Shown here piece by piece: positions 38,094 through 46,700 of a stretch of 64,000 bases of DNA; within the stretch, counting starts at the first letter, position 1, and each line of letters opens with the position of its first letter. The DNA comes from a virus. The translations under genes and the position numbers were made by a program. The notes under the pieces were generated by a model. That model made no database searches. It was not told the origin of the DNA and saw only the letters and a program-made list of their open reading frames with translations. Where the stretch lies: IMG/VR virus record IMGVR_UViG_3300046323_000360, positions 1 through 64,000 of that record. One strand, 5' to 3'.

Positions 38094-38306
38094 TTAGCCC
38101 TCTACTACTGGCTCTTCAGCTGCAACAACTACTTCTTCAATTACGGCAACTACCTCTTCAACTACAGCAACTGGCTCTTCTACAACTGGAGCAGCCTTAG
38201 CAGCTTTGGTACCCTTCAGAGCTGGAGCTGGCTTAGCAACTACTACCTCTGGCTTAGCGGTACCGAGCATGTCTTCCGCACGGAAGTTTGTCTGGATTCC
38301 TGACAT
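38094..38306 (-). CDS. Small Val/Glu/Ala-rich hypothetical protein
   Basis: 70 aa, AGGA SD, low-complexity VVEE repeats. Confidence 0.6.
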   Translation of the reverse strand: MSGIQTNFRAEDMLGTAKPEVVVAKPAPALKGTKAAKAAPVVEEPVAVVEEVVAVIEEVVVAAEEPVVEG

Positions 38307-38314
38307 TTTTATTC

Positions 38315-39433
38315 CTAACTATACATCTTGATCTGGAGGTTTCCAGATGCTACTGTTACAATATTTTCCACGCCATCGATTGTTTTGGTGGCATATAGAG
38401 TCCATGTACCCGGATCTATCATACCTAGAGCTGAAACAGCCTTACTGTAAGGTACAGTAAATGAAACTGTATCAGTTCCCTGATCGACAGTGATGCTACT
38501 TGAATCTAAATCAACAGATACAGATTCACCGTAGTTTTGTAGTGTAACTTCTGCAGCCCATCCGTCTTCAGGGAAGAAGTTACTCAAATCTAGTCCAAGG
38601 CCAGTTGATGACCACCCAGCTGAGTCATCACTAGTAGGCTGTACAACTATGTCATAGTCGACACCAGAAGCAAGTTTAAGTGGTTTTGGCGAGTAGCGAC
38701 GTGCTCTAGGAGTGTCCACAGAGAATACTTTTGCCTTTTTACGAGCATTATCTGGGTTTACTGTCTTAAGGAAAAGGTCAACAACTAGAAGACCAGTACG
38801 AAGTTCAGCAATAAATTCTTGATTGTCTAGGATTGTATATGAAACACCCTGACGAGAAACCGAAGTAACACGCTGTGGCAGCTGGCATGTGTCATCATCT
38901 GACCAGAGTTTAATAAATTCTGTAGCTAGAGTTCTGGCAGCCATTTTTCCTGCTACTGGAACAGGAGTACCGTAGGAATAAGTAACTTCGGTATTACAAG
39001 GTGTCCAAGCAGTTCCAGCTTTAACGTGAATAGTTGAGTGATCAACTAGGTAATAGTTACTAGGGTTGATAATCGCACCAACACGGTTGCGCATCGAGTG
39101 AATCTTAGTTACTGGACGCCCGCGCAATTTAATGCGAGAGTCAGGAGACATACCGTCAGCAGTTAGCTCTGAGTATTCATCGTAATCCCCCGAAGGAATA
39201 TTGTAGACGTCTCCACCAAAAAGGATTGGGCTGGTGGTCTTTCTAGATGGACCTAATCTATTGTTTCTCAAGGTACATGTGTAACGCTCGGTTACAGTAG
39301 TCTCACCAGTATATTTTCTACCTGACATAGCCCAGAGTAGGTACGAAGCCATCTTAATTGCTTCAGTAGTGAACTCGGTATAGGCGTAGTTATCTCCCAG
39401 CTCTTCGGCTGTGATCCATAGATTGTTACCCAT
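38315..39433 (-). CDS. Head-to-tail adaptor with C-terminal extension
   Basis: ASYLLWAMSGRKY, CQLPQRVTSVSRQGVS and RTGL..VDLFL..VNP motifs of actinophage adaptors. Confidence 0.75.
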   Translation of the reverse strand: MGNNLWITAEELGDNYAYTEFTTEAIKMASYLLWAMSGRKYTGETTVTERYTCTLRNNRLGPSRKTTSPILFGGDVYNIPSGDYDEYSELTADGMSPDSRIKLRGRPVTKIHSMRNRVGAIINPSNYYLVDHSTIHVKAGTAWTPCNTEVTYSYGTPVPVAGKMAARTLATEFIKLWSDDDTCQLPQRVTSVSRQGVSYTILDNQEFIAELRTGLLVVDLFLKTVNPDNARKKAKVFSVDTPRARRYSPKPLKLASGVDYDIVVQPTSDDSAGWSSTGLGLDLSNFFPEDGWAAEVTLQNYGESVSVDLDSSSITVDQGTDTVSFTVPYSKAVSALGMIDPGTWTLYATKTIDGVENIVTVASGNLQIKMYS

Positions 39434-39455
39434 AATATACCTCTTATATAAGTTT

Positions 39456-39498
39456 AAACGGGTGACAGACTAGTGATTAGACCAGTCCGCCACCCGTT
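39456..39498 (-). terminator. Intrinsic terminator/hairpin after major tail gene
   Basis: AACGGGTGGCGGACTGGT-CTAATC-ACTAGTCTGTCACCCGTT followed by a short T tract. Confidence 0.7.
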
Positions 39499-39510
39499 AA
39501 CTGTTATGAC

Positions 39511-40635
39511 TTACGCGCCGGTTTCGTTACCGATGATGATGCGGTCTACAGTAGCATCAGCGTTGTAGTTGATGTTACCTGGAACGTTATATGCACCAGC
39601 AGCCACTGGGTCAGTAAGTGTAGTAACTGCAATAGGAGCTGGGTGGCTCTCGGTAGTAGCATTGGTTACAGTTACACGAGCACCAGAGGTTACTATGAAC
39701 GAAGCAACGTTAGCTGTAATCGAGCTGTTAACAAAGTTAACTGTGTTAGCGACAACGTTAGCAACTGTACGAGTACCGTTGAATAGTTCTCCAACATTCT
39801 GAATGTATAGAGTGTCGCCAGCTTCAATTGCAGGAGCAGCACTAAATACAAGGCTAGCAACAGTGTTAGCAAGTGCAGCAGATGCACTGTTAATCGAAAT
39901 CGTGTTAGCGACGTAGTTAGTTGCTGTGTTAGCGAGGAATACGACCTGGTCAGTCGAGTTATCGGTCCAGGTGTAGAAGCCCTTAAGACCAGTAGGTGCC
40001 CATGAAGTACGTGCATATGCGTATGGACGCTCTGCAGCAACTGGGAACTCCCAGCGACCATCAATTCCACCCTGGAAGCTAGCATTCCCAAGACCGAAGC
40101 CTTCGAAGGTGTTAGCCATCAGACCGTTTTCAATAACGCGGTCACCAGACTGACGCATCTTCACGTATGGGAATACCCAGTGGTAGTAAGGAAGAGTGCT
40201 TGAGCGCTTTCCATCCTTTACAGCATATGACCAAGCTTCGATTGAAACACCGTTACCAGCAGGGTCATCGCCAACACCAGGAGAAGCCCAACCAACAGAT
40301 TTAGTGTTTGGGTCTTCGGCTGATCCAATGTTCTTGCGAAGAAGGAGACCACCAGAGATTAGAGCTGAAAGCTCAGGATCTGGCTCACAAATAGCGAGCT
40401 CCATGGTGATTCTCTTAAGAGTGTCCGGGGCTTTGTATGTCACACATACAACACCATTTGCACCCTTTTCAGTGATCTCGTCGCCCTCTTCATATTCAGG
40501 GGTAAACGAAATACGCATGAAGGCAGAAGTGGTGTACGAGTCACCAGGTCCTGTCAACAGGTTTCCTGCAGCATCCAAGCGGGTGACACGGATTGACACA
40601 CCCTGGATGCTAGCAGCATATTCTTGAGTAGCCAT
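39511..40635 (-). CDS. Major tail (tube) protein with C-terminal accessory domain
   Basis: IRVTRLDAAG, PEYEEGDEI...NGVVCV, ICEPDP and YYHWVFP motifs of actinophage tail-tube proteins. Confidence 0.85.
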   Translation of the reverse strand: MATQEYAASIQGVSIRVTRLDAAGNLLTGPGDSYTTSAFMRISFTPEYEEGDEITEKGANGVVCVTYKAPDTLKRITMELAICEPDPELSALISGGLLLRKNIGSAEDPNTKSVGWASPGVGDDPAGNGVSIEAWSYAVKDGKRSSTLPYYHWVFPYVKMRQSGDRVIENGLMANTFEGFGLGNASFQGGIDGRWEFPVAAERPYAYARTSWAPTGLKGFYTWTDNSTDQVVFLANTATNYVANTISINSASAALANTVASLVFSAAPAIEAGDTLYIQNVGELFNGTRTVANVVANTVNFVNSSITANVASFIVTSGARVTVTNATTESHPAPIAVTTLTDPVAAGAYNVPGNINYNADATVDRIIIGNETGA

Positions 40636-40661
40636 AAGCTATTTCTCCTTGGTTATCTTGT

Positions 40662-41540
40662 TTAAGCTGCGGTCAGGTCGACGCGAACAGCTAGGTGTAT
40701 CGAGGTGTCAAAGTAAACCGCAGCTGGGCGGATTGCCTTGAGTCTCATGTCATTCTGGTTTCCTGCGACATCATAGGCTTGACCTAGATTATCGTTTACG
40801 ACATCGACATCTCCGATATACACTCGGACAGTTCCTGTTCCGTAAATCCATTTATTAGATACAGAAGCAGTAGCCCCTGTAGCACCATCAGGACCAGTTC
40901 CTGTATATCCTGATCCGGTCACAACTGGAGTACCGCCCATCGTCTGTAGGTGGTCTTTCTCCTTGTTGTGGAAAAGCATTTGGCTATTACTTGAAAGAAT
41001 AGCAACAACATCGCGAGTGGCGTGAATAATTCCTTGCTCACCGGCATGAGAAGCTTCAGCAATTCCCTGCTCTAAAATAGATAAAGCACGTTTGGCAGAA
41101 ACAGCAGTTCCACCATTAAGAACTACAACTCCAGTAGAGGTAAGAGCTTTATTAGGGTGACTAGTAGCTTTACGAATAGCTCCATCCCAGAGCTCTTGCT
41201 CGATGGCACGCTGAGTAGTGGCTTCAAGCTGACGCTTAATACGAGCAACCCGGTCAATTCCTCTAAAACCTAGAGCTGAGCGGTCTTCCTGAACTTCGAT
41301 GAAGAAAGGTTTGATTTCATCATAATAATTTACTGATCCAGCGCCAGCAATTTGAGTCTCATTAGCATTGGTGTCATCTACGTTGTAGAGAGCATAAAGG
41401 TCGGTTTCCCACTCCTGTGAAAATCCACGTACCCAGTGGTCTTCGTTAGGGTCAGTGACAGCATCTACTACAGCAAGTAGGCCAAAAGCGGAGGGCACAA
41501 TCTTTGGTGCCTCTACAACGCCATTCTTTGGGAAAGCCAT
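40662..41540 (-). CDS. Second capsid protein (putative capsid pentamer protein)
   Basis: Directly after the major capsid gene; FGLL, LE..T..AIE..LW.G, GIIH and GTPVV.GSGY motifs. Confidence 0.6.
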   Translation of the reverse strand: MAFPKNGVVEAPKIVPSAFGLLAVVDAVTDPNEDHWVRGFSQEWETDLYALYNVDDTNANETQIAGAGSVNYYDEIKPFFIEVQEDRSALGFRGIDRVARIKRQLEATTQRAIEQELWDGAIRKATSHPNKALTSTGVVVLNGGTAVSAKRALSILEQGIAEASHAGEQGIIHATRDVVAILSSNSQMLFHNKEKDHLQTMGGTPVVTGSGYTGTGPDGATGATASVSNKWIYGTGTVRVYIGDVDVVNDNLGQAYDVAGNQNDMRLKAIRPAAVYFDTSIHLAVRVDLTAA

Positions 41541-41578
41541 TTCAATCCTTAATATAAATCTGTTTGTGTTTTGTATCG

Positions 41579-41602
41579 GGGGAGCCAGTTTCCTGGCTCC
41601 CC
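41579..41602 (-). terminator. GC-rich GAAA-tetraloop hairpin between the two capsid genes
   Basis: GGGGAGCCAG-GAAA-CTGGCTCCCC; no U-tract on the sense strand. Confidence 0.6.
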
Positions 41603-41626
41603 TTCAACATTTACTTCAATCGAGTA

Positions 41627-43600
41627 TTAGAGCTCGATGGTTGCAGCAGCGGTGCCACCAGTGGTGTCGCGTAGTGCAGCAGCTACACCGTTGATGCTGA
41701 TGGTCGAGGTGATCTTAAGAGCCTCAACACCAACCTTGGCTACGTTCTCGAAGGTTTCAACGAACATCTTGTAGTCGTTAGTACCAACAAGTGACGAGTC
41801 ACGGATGATACCAAGGTCAAGAGTTCCACCATCAAGGAACAAGAAGGTTCCTTCAGCAAACAAGAACCAGTCGAAGCTGTCTGGGAACTCAAGAAGTGCA
41901 GCTGAGCCACTCTGAGTACCGAATACAGTTGCATCGAGCGAAGCTACTAGGTCAACGTTAGCGGTTGCTAGGTAGCCATCGATCTCTGACTTCGATAGTG
42001 ATAGGGTTCCATCACCAGGCATCGACAAGGTTAGGTCTGCAGCCATAGCGTCATATACCCAAGCTGGGATGATTGCCTTCAGAGTGGTCTGAGGGTCAAT
42101 GCGGTGACGTGAACGGTAAGCAGTAGCCGCACGACGGATCTGAACTAGGAAGTCGCGACCAAAACCAATTAGGTTAGTGGTAGTAACAGCAGTCGAAAGT
42201 GATCCGATGTTGGTAAGCAAGTTCTGCTCAGCCTCACGAGCGTGCTGTACAAGAGCAAGCTCGTTGTGACGAGCGATTAGCTCTGGGTAAGCGCGGCTCA
42301 TTAGGTTACCAAACTGTAGCTGTAGAGTTACGGCGTCAGTCGAAACAGTGGTTTCGGTTGCAGCTGAAACAGACAAGCTAGTCTTGGTTGCGGTACCTGG
42401 AGAAGCATCTACAGCATTGGTCCATACACCAACAGCATTGGCATAGTCGCCAGTGTGGAAGGTAGGTGGAACGATGAAGCGGATACCGCCACGGTCAGCC
42501 TGGAAGCGAGGCAATGCATCGCGAACTGGGCGAACTGAGGTAGCTCCCTGAGAGAAGATGTCGTACTTAACCTCGAATGGAGCCGAGTGACCACCAGAAG
42601 CGGTAATCGCCTCAGGGCCTGAAACAGCCTGAATCTTGGTCCAGTTTGACTCTGCGTCTGTGGTTAGAACGCGCTCTTCTGGGAATGAAGTGGTTACAGA
42701 GGCAACAATGTGCTGCTCTCCATCTCCACCGTTTACACGGCGAAGAGAGTGAATTCTCTTCTCCATTGCCTGAGCTACTTCGCTCATGCTGTTGATTGTG
42801 CTTCCGGCTGTGTAACCAGGGATGTCAGCGCCCGCAGTGATTGCCACTGGAGCTGCTTCCGATACCTCGATTACAGGGAGACGGTCAGCTGGAGCCTCAA
42901 AGGTTCCTTCTGCTGCGGCGGTCACGGTTGCCTGCTCTTCCTGCTCTTCTGGAGCAATAGGTGTTGTTTCTTCTGATGTTGCTGGGGTTTCATCTGTTGA
43001 CGCTTCAGAGCCTTCAACTGCTTCAATAGCAGTGTCAGATACTTCTTCGGTGTCTTCAGGTTCGCTGGTCGAAAGTTCCGATCCATCTTCTGAGATTGTT
43101 GACGCTTCAGAGTCAATGTCAGCAGAAGCCTTTACAGGCTCCTTCTTCTCTTCCTCTTCAGTTTCCTTGGCTTCTTCTTCAGCGGTTCCTTCTTCAACCT
43201 GTCCAGGCTCCTCTTCAGGAGTTGGAGCAGTCTCTGTTGGTTCCTCTGCAGCTGGAGTTTCCTCCACTGGAGCTTCCTCTGCTGGGACTACGTCCTCAAC
43301 TGGGGCATCTTCATTCATAGCCATTTCTTCTCCCGACATCTCTGCCTCTCCCTTAACGCGCGAGGTTGCTTCCGCAGCCTTAGCAGCAAGCTCTTCAGCC
43401 TGTGCCTCTCGGCGAGAAAGCTCACCGCGAACGATGTCAAGTGAGTCAGCAAGTGACGTCATAGCATCAACTATCTCAGGAGTAGGGTCTGATCCCTCAA
43501 CCGATTCAAACTGCGAGACGATCTCACCCTGTAGCTCGGCGACCTGTTCGTCGCTAAGCTCAGCGATGGTGTCTAGCTGAGTTTTAATCTGGTCGTACAC
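41627..43600 (-). CDS. Major capsid (hexamer) protein with acidic N-terminal scaffold-like region
   Basis: GGAGG SD with GTG start; long Glu-rich N-terminus; ITASGG..AP...YD, RPVRDALPRFQADRGG and GTLDLGIIRDS.LV.TNDY motifs. Confidence 0.85.
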   Translation of the reverse strand: MYDQIKTQLDTIAELSDEQVAELQGEIVSQFESVEGSDPTPEIVDAMTSLADSLDIVRGELSRREAQAEELAAKAAEATSRVKGEAEMSGEEMAMNEDAPVEDVVPAEEAPVEETPAAEEPTETAPTPEEEPGQVEEGTAEEEAKETEEEEKKEPVKASADIDSEASTISEDGSELSTSEPEDTEEVSDTAIEAVEGSEASTDETPATSEETTPIAPEEQEEQATVTAAAEGTFEAPADRLPVIEVSEAAPVAITAGADIPGYTAGSTINSMSEVAQAMEKRIHSLRRVNGGDGEQHIVASVTTSFPEERVLTTDAESNWTKIQAVSGPEAITASGGHSAPFEVKYDIFSQGATSVRPVRDALPRFQADRGGIRFIVPPTFHTGDYANAVGVWTNAVDASPGTATKTSLSVSAATETTVSTDAVTLQLQFGNLMSRAYPELIARHNELALVQHAREAEQNLLTNIGSLSTAVTTTNLIGFGRDFLVQIRRAATAYRSRHRIDPQTTLKAIIPAWVYDAMAADLTLSMPGDGTLSLSKSEIDGYLATANVDLVASLDATVFGTQSGSAALLEFPDSFDWFLFAEGTFLFLDGGTLDLGIIRDSSLVGTNDYKMFVETFENVAKVGVEALKITSTISINGVAAALRDTTGGTAAATIEL

Positions 43601-43724
43601 TGTACCTCCTAGGCCAGTTTGTTGGATAACTGTTATTTTGACAGTTATGGTGAACAGTCAAGGCCGAGGGACTCTACGCATGATACGCGAGGCGCTCTAC
43701 CTATCACTAATTGTACCTTACTTT

Positions 43725-46700
43725 TTAGGTAAGGAGTCGGAGTAGCGTGCTCATCTCAGACTGAACTTCACCCTGAGAGTACACATCTGCACCCGACATA
43801 TAGGACTTAAGACTTGCAGTTGCAATGTCCGCATCCTTTTTACCGATCTTGTCTTCGACTCGGGAAATCATGCCTTTGATGAGATCCTTAAGTCCAGCAG
43901 GAAGATCGCTAAACCTTAGTTTGTCTGCGTCTTTTCCAAATGGAAGAGGCAGGTTAGAGATAACAGTTCCAAGTTCCTTGGCTGTAGCTCTTACATTTTC
44001 TAGAGATCTAGGGTTGAGAGCCTTAGAGTCAAGACGATCAATCATTTCTAGAAGCTTTCCGCTAGCCTTAGCTGAGTCCACGTAGTTACCAGCAAACTCT
44101 AGATTCTCTGCTGTCTGAACTTTATTCAGTGCATCCTGAAGACCTGCAACACCTAGATCTTGTCTTAGGCGAGCAAGAACCTTACGGTATTTACCGCGAG
44201 CATCACGAGGCTGAGTTACAGGTGTGTACTTAGTACGACCATTCTTATCATAAGCATCCTGAGCAGTAGTCTTACCAGCTTTGATATCTTCAGCTAGCTT
44301 AATCTCGTCTGCGGTCTGCTTATCTGCCTCAGCCTTAGCGTCTGCAAGTTTCTTTAGTTCTTCCTCAGAAATGGTCCCCTTAGCATCAGCAGAGTTGGCG
44401 AATTCACTGATTGATGCAATAATTGCACGCATCTCGTCTAGTGCAGAAGAAGCTTCCATAGATGAAGCAGACTTCCATTCTTCAGGAACTAGTACAGCAA
44501 GCTTTAGTGCACGAGCACGCTTACGTATGTGAGCGCGAACCTTTGCACGATCTTTAGGGTTAGAACGTCCATATGCCTTAATAGCATTCTTCAAGTCCTT
44601 CTCGTTACGGATTGGGTAAGAGCCATCTGGAAGCGCCGCACCTTCCTCGGCAAGAGCTTTACGCTCTTGCTCGGAGATAGTAGCTAGTTCAGCAATAGCT
44701 GATGCAACTAGAGCACGCTCACGAAGAGACTCTACCTGAGCAGATGCAGCAACAGTCTTTGGCTTCTTCCACTCTTCTGGAATTAAGTCAGCAACTTTGA
44801 GGGCACGAGCACGCTTTACAATGTGCTTACGAGCAGCTTCTTTATCCTTTGCACGTCCATAAGCGTGGATTGCAGCCTTTATATCATCCTTGGTCTTAAT
44901 AGGGAAAGAACCATCTGGAAGAGCCCAGCCCTTAGAGGCATACTCTTCACGCTTTGCACGTGGGATGTAGCCAAACTCGGCTTCTGCACGCTGTAGAGCA
45001 GCTTCGGTAATTGCACCGAGTTCACTCATTTTCTGAGCCTTTAGAGATAGAGACATAACTGCTTCGCTCTTAAGAACTGCCATATCGTAGGCACCAGCTG
45101 CAACAAGAGCCATAACCTTACCAGAAGCTACCATTGCACGGGCAATCGGGAATCCTGGAACGTTAACCTGGCAAACTGCAACTAGCTCGAGTGAGCCACC
45201 GATTGGACGCCAGTCACCTGAAGGAGCAGATGCACGAAGTGCACGAATCTGAGCCTCAGTTACGTCTGGGCGTAGCGAGCCTGCTACCCAAATACCGTAG
45301 TCATCTTCACCAGCGTGAACATCAGCAATTGCAGATGCGGTATCGTCGTAGTGCTTTGCTGCCTGCTCGGCTGAAGCGTGTAGGGAAGCGTGACCACCAG
45401 CAAGAGTCAGCTGACCTACTGGAACATCCTTACCTTCTGCAGTACGAACAACACCAGTGTGGAAGTAAGCGTACTTGCTCTTTGAGCGAGGTGGGCGGGT
45501 TGCACGAGGCATACCAATGTGGTTAACGTGCCAAGCAGCAATGTGACCAAAGATGTATCCATTAGTGTCAATGGTTAGCGGGGTAGCCTTGGTTAAAGCT
45601 GGCTTCTGGAACCACTCGCTAGGAGGAGTTACAGGGATTTCTGACTCTAAAAATCCAGAAGCAGTTAGAGCTTCGGCTGCTACGAACGAGTCAACAGACT
45701 CTTCGTAAATTCCATCTTGCGGAATCAATTCTTCCTCCTGATTAGCCGACTCCCCGTCGATAAAAATAGTGCATTCCTGGAATGCAGGCTTAGCTACAAT
45801 TGTAGCAGCCATTACACGGGCATGATTTATGATGAGCTTCTGTTTACTGATTTCATCAGACTTTTCAGATGCTTCTGGTTCATATTCTTTGGCTTCAAAC
45901 TGATCTAGGTCAGCAGATACTCCACGAATAAACCCGTTTCGTACTAGACGCTCTGCCTCTCGACCGTAAGGTCCAGTATCAAATACACCATAAGCATTTC
46001 CGATACCATCTTCAGTACGCTCCATGTGGTCAATTCGACCAACAACTACAGAACCATTGTGACCTTCACCAGTTTTGATCTGCCATAGCAGAGGAAGTGG
46101 TAGATCACGAACTTCAATAGCATCCTTCTTGAACTTACGTCCATCCCCAGATTCCATTGTCTCGGGTATTAGAAGAGGAATTTTGAAACTAGCTCCATTA
46201 GAGTTTCCAGATGCTACTATTCCTAGTACACGCTCGCGTGCAAAATCTGCCTTAGCAGTAAGTGCTGCTGCAGCAATCATTGCAGTATCCATCTCTTCTT
46301 CAGAGTTAAATAGGGAGAAGTATGCTTTGTTATTGTTTTTCCCCGGGTTAAATTTACTACCAGTGTAGACACCAGTAACTTCTTTATGGCGCAACTGACA
46401 ATATCCCTTAGCGCGAACTCCCATGTATTTCGTTAGGTGTCGCACGCAACGAGTCCAATCTCCTGGAGTGCCCCAGCGGATCTTTAGTGCGCCTTCGCCT
46501 CTAGTCCAGTAGTGGCGAAGCTCTTCAGCATTACCCTTGTTACGATCTAAACCACCAGCAGCAATGAGTGCAATGAACTCATCATCCGCGCACTGAGAGA
46601 TTTCTTCCATTGCTTCGATAATCTCAAAGTCTGGCTCCCACTCGTTATCGTAGATATCATCGTGCTCTGCTTGAATATCTTCTACAGGAGTAAGTAGATG

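Noticed and set aside
42822-43580. 252-aa Ser-rich plus-strand ORF and similar antisense ORFs across the structural region
   Set aside because: These are shadows of the Glu-rich capsid N-terminus and other real minus-strand genes; no SD or motifs.
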